Positions 35,173 to 47,590 of a stretch of 64,000 bases of DNA are shown here, in pieces (position 1 is the stretch's first letter; each line of letters starts with the position of its first letter). The notes below the pieces were generated by a model, which was not told the origin of the DNA, searched no databases, and saw nothing but the letters and a program-made list of their open reading frames with translations. A program made the translations under genes and the position numbers. Source of the DNA: Tubiluchus corallicola (Eukaryota; Animalia; Priapulida); contig JAQGDQ010000087.1 in NCBI GenBank assembly GCA_030141605.1, positions 616,324 to 680,323 of the forward strand, read 5' to 3'.

Positions 35173-35947
35173 CCTATTTCTGGTATTTTATTTGCTATAT
35201 CGCCTTTGACTAGTTCTCTTGTTACTGTACTGTATATAATTTACTGTTATTTTACTGTATATATTTTATTGATTTTATGTCGTACTTTTAATGTCGGTAT
35301 TGTCAATTTAATCCCAGATAAACTTATGTACATTAACTCGTATTTGTTGTTTAACGTGATATAGAAATTAGCACAAAAGCTATTATAGCCTGCTAATCTC
35401 ATCTTTTGTAAAATATTTTATATTTTATAAATGTTCTTAATAAATTTTACCCATTAATAAGTAATGAAATGTCTAAACACTTTCCAGGCATCAAAAAATT
35501 TAATTCGTAAATGACTCTGATATGCCTGTATCAAAAGACATCTTTACTAGGCGCATAAACCCTGTTAGTACCAAAGGTGTCGTTAGAGGTCAGGCGATGG
35601 ACTGCAGTTTTGCTGTAAAATTTTAATGTGCTGCACTGATGATTCCATTACAGATCACCTGCCAGTGCTTATAATTACTTAGCACAATCTGCAGAATCTT
35701 GCGCTGCCTTTAAATTAAAAACGAGAAACGCAGATGTCTAAAATTAAGCCCAGCGATGGCGCAGATTCTGTGATAAAATTCTTGAATGGGTTAAAGAAAG
35801 ACTCAAGATAAAGTTTTTGGTAGACCACCCCCTCGCCCGGCAACTAGATAACAATTGTTGCACGTGACGTAGTCTATTCAGAAAACTCGTGATTGTCTGT
35901 CTACGTGCATTACAATATGTTTTTAAGGAACTATGTAAAGAAAGCAT

Positions 35948-36219
35948 CATAGACGTACAAGCCGGGGGCCCCGCGCGGGATTCGGGCAAACAGTTTTTTT
36001 GGGAACCGGCCGAATGATGAAACAAAATAAAATAACATTTTTAGTAAAAGGAAATGTCGCAAGTTTTCTATGCCGCCAAATGAAGTGCCTGAAATCTGGG
36101 CCTTTTTAATCTTGGGACGGGGTGAGGCAATTCCTGACTCGACGTTAACCTGCGCGCTTTTTCCAAGTATTTTACGGACAAAAGTGGCTCCCCTGGAAAA
36201 ATCGGCCCCTACGCCTATG
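35948..36219. mobile_element. hAT-like MITE, 272 bp
   Basis: TIRs CATAGACGTACAAGCCG / CGGCCCCTACGCCTATG; flanking 8-mers GAAAGCAT and GTAAACAT (6/8 match, decayed TSD). Confidence 0.6.
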
Positions 36220-36750
36220 GTAAACATGTGATTATTATTTTTCATGTAAAGTGATGAAGTTTCTGCTATGCCAAATTGGCAATCCACAAATCATGCAAAA
36301 TCAATCAACCCCACGCGTTGTTTTTGTGCATGTAAGTGTCAAACAACATTTTGATTTGCACCATCGTTGACACTGCCATATAAAAAGCTCTGAAGGCGCT
36401 TTATCTTCACTTTTGTTTAGCGTATAGTTCGTGTTGATTTTATTTCTGTATACCTGTAGCTAAACGTTCTTTCACCTGTGAAAAATGACTTAATCAATAT
36501 TTTCAGTAGACAGTGGCTTCATCGTTTTTGTCACACTTCAGCAATTGTAGCTCAATAATCTGAATTTTCCGTTTACGCGCATCACGAAAACAATCACACA
36601 GACTGATGCAGGTATAAATAAAAAGTGATTAACCTACGGGTAAACGGAAATTATTTACACTGGGCTTGTTTCGTGAAAAGGCCTCAAATAAGACAAGGAA
36701 ATAAACTACTGATCAGAAAGCACATAATACAAAAACAGTTGAGGTAAATA

Positions 36751-36820
36751 GTGGTCGCAGTGAGCTTGGTTGTAGAACTCGGCAACGACAGGCTTGCTTA
36801 GTAAGTGGATAGGTGACGGC
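36751..36820 (+). mobile_element. SINE head fragment: tRNA-like A box followed by 5S-like C-box region
   Basis: GTGGTCGCAGTG...CTCGGCAACGA-CAGGCTTGCTTAGTAAGTGGATAGGTGACGGC versus 5S GGCCTGGTTAGTACTTGGATGGG(A/T)GACCGC. Confidence 0.5.
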
Positions 36821-37004
36821 TAGCCCAAGTGCTTCTGGATAGATTCATGTGTAATACTGCTTTTGGCTATTTCTCAATGCATATGAATCCGAACGAGGCT
36901 AAAACCCTTCACTGGCACAGTGTCTCATCTGAAGAATTATCCTTGGTAAAAAGTTAGATTCCAGTCGCGTCATAATCATTTGCGTTTGTAGTTAAAAAAT
37001 CAGG

Positions 37005-37615
37005 CACAGTTATAACAATAGGTACAGTTTATTTATTTATTACAATTACAGAATTGACAATGCATTGCAGTGCTATGAGCGCAGGTTACAACATTAGCTG
37101 TAGTTAGAATAATAAGTGCAGTTATAACAATCGGTGCAGTTATAACAATCGGTGCAGTTATAACAATTGGCACAGTTACAGACAGTAATAGATGCTGTTA
37201 CACCTAGACAGTTACAACAATAGAGACAGCTATAACAATGAGCACTATAATAGGAACAGATACAGTTATTATAACAATTATTATAAGCACCTATTGATAC
37301 AGTTACGGCGACTCGGGAAAGAAAGATGCGTTTTCCGTTCTAGCTAAGATCGGGCACTTGTCTGCACTACCTTTCATCGAATATGTCGGTCAAAGATAGG
37401 CTCTCCAGTCGTAACAGAGAAGACAAGTACTGAGGCAACCAAACTACTTGCTCTGAGTACTGCTGCTGCTACTACTAGCACAACAATAGCAATACTAAGT
37501 GCTATTACAACAACATGTGAAGTTACAATAACAGATTCAGTTATAACAACAGGAATAGTTATAAAAGAAATACAGTTACAACAATACGTGCAGTTATAAC
37601 AGTAGATACAGTTAC
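37005..37615. repeat. Degenerate ~18-bp minisatellite (CAGTTATAACAAT core)
   Basis: GTTATAACAATCGGTGCA at 37121 and 37139, a variant at 37157, and many decayed copies on both sides. Confidence 0.75.
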
Positions 37616-37883
37616 TTTTACGGCTTAAACCGTTCGTAATGCATAGCCTAAGAAACATGTTTCTAAACAGCTGCAGCTAGGGTCTTGATTTTATAAAACA
37701 TAAATATTATATTATTACGTTGTTGCAGAATGATATGAGACTGGGTAATAAAAAAATATCTAAAACTCATGACTCAATCCCCAATTTAGTTAGCGGAAGC
37801 ATTGGAGATTCTTGCGAATGATTTTTCCATTTACGTACATTGCACTGTAAGTAAGGGTACGTAGAGGCTGGATGCGGTATTTG

Positions 37884-37922
37884 CTTGGCAACAAAGTTAA
37901 GCAACATTGGGTCCTGCTAGTA
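37884..37922 (+). mobile_element. 5S-derived SINE fragment
   Basis: CTTGGCAACAAAGTTAAGCAACATTGGGTCCTGCTAGTA resembles 5S AAGTTAAGCAACGTCGGGCCTGGTTAGTA. Confidence 0.55.
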
Positions 37923-39125
37923 AACAAAAATTGCTTCTGGGCGATTTTTTTCTACCATGCTCCATCAGCTATTTATTTCGTAGAAGAAACTTGAGGTTAC
38001 TAGATTACACTAGCTCAATCTGACCTTGGTAGCAGCCCGCGACTTTCGCTATTTTCAGGGCACCATGAAGTGGGGGTGGCTGTATGACGGCACGCGATGA
38101 AAAAATGTAAAGCATCGCTTGTTAAAGCGCATGCGTGAAATATGCGAATAGCCTAATCAGAGCCTGTGAGAGGGAGGGGGTCTAGCCGGTACTTTGTTCC
38201 CCCCTCGAGAACAAGCACTCTATACTACTTCTAACAGTCCAATCAGTTAATGCAAAGACAAGTGAGATTCATTTTTCCTATAGAAGCAAGATCAAAGAAG
38301 AGCTACATTCTCATTGTTCTGATAGGAAAAACGCTAAGTCAGTTGTTGGCCTTGACATTGGGTGTATTACTAATGGATTTCTTACTCAGAATGAAATACA
38401 AAGATATATTACCACCGGCCACATCCTACTACCTAAATAATTCCCAAATGACCTAGACGAACAGACTTTTCTGGAAAGTACTTCACAAGAGAAATTCTGT
38501 TCGGTATCCACTAATTGAATATGTTTGTTACATTATGTTATATCTGATCATAGAAATACAGCATTTACAGGTACGAGAGTTTACATGTAGATTAACCTGA
38601 CATCAAATCCTCGATTTCGAAAAAAAAAATTTGCCTGCCTAGGGGCCCCAAAGTGGTCTTGCACCGCCTCGCAAAATTTCTCTTGGAGGTCCTGTGCCTA
38701 ATACTCCTTATAACACAGTCGTCGTCGTTTTTGTCTTAGAATTCTATTTTGTGAATAAGATATTTTTGTGTTTTAATAAAGTGCTGCTACAACCCTCATT
38801 AGTAGGTCATGTGTTAACGTAGGATAGCAGTTTATAAAAACAAGCTTACACATCATTTCAAAACAACTCAACGAAGTTTCCAGATTTTCATCTGCCACTC
38901 GTCAAATTACAGCCAGGATCAGCATTGCCTAACTAGAATAGCCATGCAGTCTACGGATTCCATATCGTCCACACTTACTATAATGTTGTTTAGTAAGTTT
39001 CGTGCGTCGATTTCTGTTGGAAATCTGTTATGTCAGCTTCTATAATAAAATATCTGTATTGCCCAAATGAAACCTAACAACATCCAAGTTATAATTTTGA
39101 CTGCATGAATTAGCCACGCCTTTAA

Positions 39126-39675
39126 AGGAAAGGCCAAGTCTTCTTGGCTGTTAAACTTATAAGCGAAAAATGTTAGAAGGATTTAGTAATAAAACTGCAA
39201 TAAGTGCCTCGAGAAATTAGAGAAATCACTTTAAAATCGCGATCACTTCGTGCTCGGGCGCTTGCTTTTTAAACGCCCATTCCTCTTCCAATGACGTCAT
39301 TTGTCCTGAAGACAAGTAGCGCACTGTCAATCTTCGTCAAAAGTATAATAAGTTTTTACAAAAAAATTAGATCGCTAGTTTTGCGATATTTTTGCATGAT
39401 CAGTAGGTAAGCTGCAGAAATATGAGTTAGCTTAAGCAGCGCGCGTTTACAGAAAGCTTTAATGTAGTTACGAAAAGTCACGAAGTATCCCAGTTACGTC
39501 CTAATTTTCAAGTGAATGGCGACAACTACCTCGCCTGAAAATTTCTATTCAAAGATAGTACATTTTAAATTTATGCTTTATTGACAGTTTTTTGCAAATT
39601 TCTTTGTTATATTTTTCTAAGTTTAAGTGATAACAGTAAAATAAACCCAGCAGACATAGTGTTAAGTCCTTTCCT
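39126..39675. mobile_element. 550-bp TTAA-targeting MITE (Kolobok-like termini)
   Basis: TTAA|AGGAAAGG ... CCTTTCCT|TTAA, plus subterminal inverted similarity (TTAAACTTA..GAAAAAT...AAAACTG.CAATAA). Confidence 0.7.
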
Positions 39676-41909
39676 TTAACAGCAACCAAATTATAATTTG
39701 AACTGAACGAATTAGCCTAGTCTTGAAAGCACGTTACGGTAACAGTTTATCTTATACAATTATAATTAGGCCTATGTTTACGAGTCTGCCTTGAAGTCAT
39801 GGTCCCAGAAATGAAATTTTCCAATCGCATTAAAATGTAAAGACCCCAATACATAAAGCAAAGGGCGAATCTATGCCACAACCTAAGCGATAGGGAAATA
39901 TCCGTCTCCTTAACAAATTGATTCTACTTAGCAGTTTCAACGCCAGCCACCCTAACATTTGTGACGTCATCAAGTCATGCTCACAAATAAGAGAAAATAG
40001 GCGAGTGAGTAAAGGTGACATTCGTGTGTTTGTGTCTAAATCAAACATTTTGCATATTGAACAAGAAACTGAAAAATGTTTAAAATCTAATTTCGAATCC
40101 CTGAATGTAAAGGAGCTCGTGGAGCTTTCAACCGCTGAAATTGTCTGGGAGGCGAATTGTGTTGTGATAATTGGCGCAGTCCTTCCGCAAACTGCAGCGC
40201 GCTAGTAAATAAAAATTATTCGCCTAAAACTTAATGAAAATCATAGAAATTTGCAGCAAAATAAACTTTTAGTCGTGCGCTTAATCACTCACTAATCAAT
40301 CTTAGCTATAATGCTAAGTGAATAATGCTCCCGATTACTGCTCTTTGAAGTTCAATCAATTGTTCTAAACAAACTTCATGAACCATTAAAGCCTAAAGGT
40401 GCTATGGAGACGTACGCAGTTTTTCGCTTAGCAATCCTATACCGCTCTTGATTGCTGTCGTAATAATTTATATTGTTTAAATGAATAAAGCACAAGTTAG
40501 TTAGAAGTAATATAAAACGTGGTAACCATTTTTTAACCAGGTGTCTTCAAGACTTTGCAGTTTATTTATTTAAAGATTAATTTTAGTACATTAAAAAAAC
40601 GAAATAAATGAATTATAATATAAATTTAGGCACACATATTACAAGCCTTCATGCTCTGGGTGTTAGGAACAGCTGAGTGGTTACGTTATGTGCTTGATGA
40701 AAGTTAAGCAATGATGAACAAGTAAATGAAATAGATGGCTGAAGCAAAAACTGGTTATATAAACCACTACAAATATCACTAGAAATCACGTGACCAGCTA
40801 GGGTAACTGTAGCACTTTTAACGCAAATCGCATCAGCTTTAAGAAACAAGAAACCGTTGGCAAAGTATTTCACTTATTACATGACACTTTGCCACATCTT
40901 TTAGGCTAATTAAAGGTCAAACCAGAGGTAAGATTTGCACAGTTGTTTAAAATACTCCGCAAATCTTGTATAGAGAAGACTAATACTAGAGAAGACACAA
41001 GCCATCAGCGCACAGGAAGTCAGACAACATCGAGGCCACTTTTTACCCCCCCCCCCCTTTCGATGGAACATCTCAGTATGTATACCATGTATGACATACT
41101 TAACGCATATCTCAGAAAGATAGGCATACAATCGTACATCACCTAGGCAAATGCCATTTATATGTTGAAAAGTTCGGCAACTTTATTGTCCAAATATACC
41201 AGTAAGTTTTGAGTATTTATGCCCATATTTGAGAAAGTAAGTCTTAGGCTGAGAAAGGCCCAATTTCATATAGTTGGCTAAAAGTATGTAGTACGTGATG
41301 AATACCCCCATGAGAAGCTTCAATGGCATCTGTGAAACACGAGCATACCAGAACATCCAGTCACTAATATTCTTTACCAACAAAGTTTTGATAATAAGTG
41401 ACTGCAGCCTTTGATGAAACTCGCATTTTAGCTAAAATCTAAATGATCTTTCATACAACTATATAATTTTGTTGCTGGGCACGCTAGCGCTCAAGGCTCG
41501 AAGTTCCTACCAGGAAAAATAAATTATTTCAAACAAGCAGTACGCAGCGTCGTTTTTTGTACAATTTAGGAAAAGAACCAGATAAAGCAACAAGGGGCAC
41601 CTATTTGCCAAACCAATATTTTAGAAAAAGAATCTTGTCAAAGCACTCAACAAATGTTCCTGCCTCAAACTTCAAAGTTCTTACGCCATGCCATTACTAT
41701 ATGATTTTTTGACTTACACAAAAACTTGTCACGCGAAGCTTGGGAAACATAACTATGTACTTGAAAACTTGGAATTGCAGTTTGCAGAGAATGTCAAAAA
41801 CTTGTTAATATTGCATCTGTATCAATAAGTTTGTATCAATAATTCAAGATCTATCCTTGATGATCCTAGCACCCATGCAGATCCCAGTAATCATTAAAAT
41901 GATTTCGAT

Positions 41910-42146
41910 TTGAGTCTATTGAACATTTTTTTGTTGCACTGCCAATTGTATCAACAAACTAGGGTTGTTATGTTTGATAAACTAAATGAAATACTGCTGC
42001 CTGAAAACCTTAATATAGCTGCCATAGGAACTAATGATCTGTTGAAGTTGTTATTGTTTGGAAAGGATGAATTTAATTACATTGTTAACTGTAAAATATT
42101 CCAAAGTAAACATGACTTTTTATTTTGTACTAAACGCTTCCAGTAG
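41910..42146 (+). mobile_element. 3' end of a CR1-group LINE ORF2
   Basis: (H)FLLHCQLYQQTRVVMFDKL...DLLKLLLFGKDEFNYIVNCKIF...FLFCTKRF*, a characteristic CR1-group C-terminus. Confidence 0.7.
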
Positions 42147-42320
42147 TTTCTATCTAATATGAGATGCGTCAGTCTTAAATATTCGTACATTAATATTTTT
42201 AACAGTCATTTGGTACTAATATCTAATGTAATCTTGTAGTAAAACTTGTCAACTTGTGTAGGTATAGTCAGTTCTTACTGTAAATGTTTTTATATAAACT
42301 TTATTTATTTTGAGCGGATT

Positions 42321-42384
42321 TACAACACAGTAACTATTACTGATCACAGTATTACAACACAGTAACTATTACTGATCACAGTAT
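42321..42384. repeat. Perfect 32-bp tandem duplication
   Basis: TACAACACAGTAACTATTACTGATCACAGTAT x2. Confidence 0.95.
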
Positions 42385-43370
42385 TTCTACTATAATTTTT
42401 TGTTTTGTAATGTTTTTGTAAATAGTGTATATAGTTTGTTGTGGTGAAGATTCTAAATCATGTTTTTACACTGTCTGATCCAATCCTATAATAAATTATG
42501 TTTAAACGAATCATTGAAATGCCTGCTACTTTTTTCGTACGACACGAACAAGTGCTCTGAACTATCTCGCTTTGGAGACGCAATTTTCTTTCTTGTATTA
42601 CGTTGACTACACATAGTAAGAAAGTAATAACATTGTTTAAACTGATGGAAAATAAATGGTGTAATCCACCTGTCGCGCTAACATATCTTCCCGTCAAAAT
42701 GTCCTTTCGTGAGCAACGCAATCCCGGGAAAAACAATTCTCGGATATCCTGCATGCTGTAACTAGGCGAACAGTCGTTACGAAGGTGAAACAGGCAAGTG
42801 AGATTTATTCTTGGGCTTCTTTACGCAAAACACGCGACTTCAAATCATGCTTTCCAGCAGATAATGACTCCATGGCTCTGAAAATGCTATAACGAGTTTT
42901 ATTCGTCTTGTTGTAATCATTGAAACGCTGGCATTGAAAATTGATAACAGCGCTGTGTTGTGTGAGGCTTTGTCCCGCACTGGGGCGGCTTCTTATTACA
43001 GGTGGTTAGGGAAATACTTAATGAGGTCATCTATTATCATTACGCCTGATAACTGAATTACGGGGGACTTGATTCGCTGGCTACTTTGCTTCAACGCAAT
43101 ACAAGTTCGTTATGGCAGCATAACGATTAGTTAGCTGGGCCGCGCCTCTACATGAAATCTTTAATAAATGAAGAAAAGGAAACTGCACGTACCTAGCAAG
43201 GATGAAGATCAGATCACTTCTAGGAAATGAACCATTATGACATTCACTAGTGAACAAGGTTTAATTTATTCAATAATCATAATGAAGCTGCCGATGGATG
43301 CACTATACTATAGGTAATTGCGATATATAAATAACTAAGCAAATTAAGGAAAAAGAAGAAAAGAAAAATA

Positions 43371-43638
<268 letters not shown>

Positions 43639-45178
43639 AAATGCAAGCAAGAGAGAAAGAAAGAAAAAAGAAGAATGAAGAAACAGACAAAAAGAAAGTG
43701 AGAAAGAAAGAAAGAAAAGAAAAGGGTATGAAGGAAGGAAGAGACACTAAATGAAAAAGACGTGTGACTAACTGACTGGCTGTACAAACGCACTAACGGA
43801 AATGAGAAGGAGAGACAAAGGAAGGAGAGAGAGAGAGAGAGAGAGAGTGAGAGAGAGAGACAGAGGGGGAGGGAGGGAGGGAGGAGAGAGGAAAGAGTGA
43901 GAGAGAGGAGAGGAAAGAGAGAGACAGACAAAGAAAGAACGAAAGCATGCTAACAAAATTTAAAAGTATTACTGTTCACCAAACCAACATGATTGTTATG
44001 CTGACCAAATTTTTCTAACAAAATTTAATTGAAATAGCGCTATTTCTATACTAAAAAAACAAGACCTAAAAACAAGACTTTCCTAAACAGTTTGGTTCAT
44101 AGCCATTTGGTGGCGGTCACAAAAGCAAAACGTACACAAAACAATTTATTACATCAGAGCTTTGTTCAAACAATAGCGAATTTATCATGCCCTCAGTAAT
44201 TAGTATGAAACTCTTGTACGTCTCGCACAGTCTGCAATCTTGTGGACATGACTGAAGCAATTATTCAACGAACTCAAGATCATCAAGTATACAGATTGCA
44301 CATGTTTCACAAGCTTATCTGTTAAACGCTGATCAATGGCGTCTTTTTTTACCATCTTAGTGTCCAATCTGTCTTATAAGATAGCTTCAGTGTGTTTGGC
44401 GGGTTGGAGGGTGAAAAAATTAATCCCAGATTTATCAGCTCAGTGCTTCTGTCACACCCCTCAAGATAGCAGGTTGTGAGAGACCTGCATGGCTTCCACA
44501 CTAAGCATTGAGGGACTGATAGATTTGCAATTGATTGAACAATACTTTGAAGCAATAAATTCTTCAGTACTGTTACTCGTTGTTTCCGCAACTCTCCACA
44601 CCTAGCAAAAAGTTATGTACCACCCTGTAGTTTATTCTTGGACATGTAATGGATTATTTCGTTTACAGGCAGCACCCAGGTTGCGTTCATACATTGGAGA
44701 CATTTCTCTAATAATCATTTAGCACGAGAGAAGCAACCAAGTGCACTAATCCCTGAAAACTTGATGTAGAAATTTAATCCATAGCCACACAAGAAAGCTG
44801 CTACTAAAAGCGAGCTTAAAAACACGTCTAATCACATAAGTCTGTTTGTTTCGCCTGAAGTTAAAAATACTGCATTTTATTATAGTTATTAATTTCGAAT
44901 GTACGTAACTTGCCGACTTTGTAAATTGCGCGAAGCTCTTTAAAACGCCTATACTGCACAAGGACGTAATTTTTATATCTTAAATTTTTAGCTTCATATC
45001 TAAGATTAAATTTTTATTCTCATTCACTTGAGGTTACGCATTATCAAAGGCTAAATTGTTCGTTTTGGCATAAACATAATATTAACATACACAACGTAAA
45101 TACGAGAGAAAGCTTTCCTGGGTCTTGTCGTCACTAACAGAGAAAAACGTAATGTCCTTTATAGTCGTAAAGATTACA

Positions 45179-45326
45179 ATATTTATTCAGTAGCTTTCAC
45201 CCTAGCGGGTCTCATCAGCTGAATAGAAAGTGCTGGTAACTTGAGAGTGGTAACAAAACTCTCAAGTTACCAGACTTTCTATTCGGGTGATGAGGCCCGC
45301 TAGGTCGAAAACTACTGAATAAATAT
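45179..45326. ncRNA. Palindrome carrying two minimal type I hammerhead ribozyme motifs (Penelope-like element pLTR remnant)
   Basis: Minus 45225-45184: UAUUCAG-CUGAUGA-GACCC-GCUA-GGGU-GAAA-GC-UA-CUGAAUA; plus 45280-45321: UAUUCGG-GUGAUGA-GGCC-CGCUA-GGUC-GAAA-AC-UA-CUGAAUA; ~70-bp arms, 9-nt loop. Confidence 0.75.
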
Positions 45327-46907
45327 GATAATTCTCTGTTGATACTTAACGTAAACTTCGATTAAACGCCGTAGTCTGCATCGATTTTGCCCCGAAAGGC
45401 TTTTTTTCAATTATTAATGAAAGTTGCTACACAATCGCAGCACTGGCTATGCATAAAGGTAGTTTAAAGTAAGAGATTAAATAGGATACATGATTAAATG
45501 TACGAAAAAGTGCGATAATAAACAATAGAAGCATTTTCATTTTAAAAAAATTTGAAAATTTGCCACAAAAAACAAAACGAGGATGTTATCCCTAATTGGG
45601 AGTATTTGTGGTAAGTAGGTCAGATGATAACACACTGATTACCTATTATTTAAATTAAAAAACTCGTAGTATTGCCATAAAGAAAGTTTTATGTTACCAC
45701 TTAGTGGTTATATTAGTCACCATTTTTATGTTAGTCACTCGGGCTGCAACAACAGATTCATTTCACTACACATTAAAAACAAACATACTTTAGTGGAAGT
45801 TTCAAAAATATTGTACAATTCACAATTACCACTATATTATTGTATTAATATGAAAAACGATGAGTGGTATAAAATAATCACGTGCGAGGCACCAGTAATG
45901 CTCTCTATCAGAAATACACATCCATTCAAAACGATTATAACATGGGCTCTGTTCCAAGGTTCAATGTAATGACCAATGAAACGCACAGAAACGCAAAAAT
46001 GAAGAACCAGTTAAAGTGAGAGTCGTTTTCTGTGATTGTGGATAGTGGTCAGAAGTGAAATGCATCCTCCGTGACGTGAGTGAAGTCACGCGGTTTTACG
46101 TCTCATGAGTAGAAATCATAGAGGAATCCTGTATAAGCTACTCCACGCACAAGAAATTAAACTAGTAAGTGCAAAAGTTGATTGATAATAAAACCGTGAC
46201 AAGTACAATTTTCTCGTTTTGCTTTTGACAAGGTAAAGTAACTAATAATTTTGCTAGTTTGTGAAGTATGCACTATGAACGATCTGATTATTTTTTCGAA
46301 CTTTACATAATGTTATTTAAACTTGATTAAATTTCTTACTCAAAGACTTGACCGTTAAAATGGTTGCACCTAACGACCATCGCGAGAGTTTAAATTTACA
46401 TGTTTTGTACAGCTTTACGACTAATATAAGTTCTATGTACAGTAAACCAACATGTAGGTGACACAAAATTTCTAGACGCATTTTTTAGCTTTATATAAGT
46501 AAAGGGTTTTCTTGTCCTTTAATTTTTACCCTCTTATATTATGTAATAAAGATATTCGTGACCCGCAAAATCTGCAACGTTTTGTGTTTCTCGCTTTGAC
46601 AATAGCTTTTTTCTAATACAGTTTAGAAACTTACAATGTAGTACTCTTTATTCTAGTTGGAAAGTCTTTGATTAAAACTGAAATATTTTCAAATGCACTA
46701 CGTCATCTTCGTTTTTTGACCACATTGGCCGGGACTAAAATTAATATTTCTAAATACAAACAATAATGTTGACTACACGACGAACTCATCCTGTTTTTCA
46801 GCGTGTAGCCATGACGTCCTAGCACTTGTTGTACAATACATGCTCCGTTACACTCAGCAGCTCAAAACGTCGAAAGAGAAAACTGTCTCGCACGCAAAAC
46901 TTCTTAA

Positions 46908-47590
46908 AGGAAAACCGGACCCAATCTTAAATAACAGCTCGAAACAGTCTACTCTATAAAATATTGAAAGCAAGCATATTATTTTTGAGAATGACTTACG
47001 CGGCGTTTACCAGACACACAGAATGCGGAACGGGTTCATTGAAAACATTATAAAGCGATTTTTACACAATAACGTATAACGCATTTCGAATGTCTAGTAA
47101 ATTTGTTATCGCGAACGGTAAGTTCGCGTTTGCGCGGCTATTTCTTCGCTGTTACGTACATTTTGCCATTCTCTTATTAGATGTGCATCATGGAAACGCG
47201 TTGGTCAAGAAACAGGCACTGTACCTCTCAGTTCAGTTGTGATGCAGTGTACATGTTCGAAATATCATGCGCAAGTTCACGGTAAACTTGAAAATTAAAT
47301 TCTTAACTTAAAATTTGCCAAGTTTTTGTGTCTAACGCTGAATACGTACAGTAGTACTGTGCAAGAGTTTTCGCTTCTGTTAAACGTGCAACACACTCGT
47401 GAAATGTTTGTGCTGTTGCAAATCATGTCCAGTTATGGCGACATCATTAACTGGGCTTGCCGGCCGTTAATTAAGTTTCTAACTTATTATTTAATTATCA
47501 GAAACACGTTGGCATTTTTATAGGTGTTAAAGTGTGAACTTTTCATCGTACTTCAAAATGTGGTCGTTATGAAAAATCACCCTGTTTTCC
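46908..47590 (+). mobile_element. ~680-bp TTAA-flanked non-autonomous DNA transposon (Kolobok-like)
   Basis: TTAA|AGGAAAACCGG ... CCCTGTTTTCC|TTAA; both ends align with 54975-55560. Confidence 0.7.

Noticed and set aside
39918-40205. 95-aa ORF with SFNASHPNI as a MULE transposase remnant
   Set aside because: A single short motif with no other recognisable transposase residues; insufficient support.
44349-44591. 80-aa minus-strand ORF as an extra exon of the RKxS gene
   Set aside because: No strong donor, no recognisable domain, and not needed for frame continuity; may be a decayed transposon.
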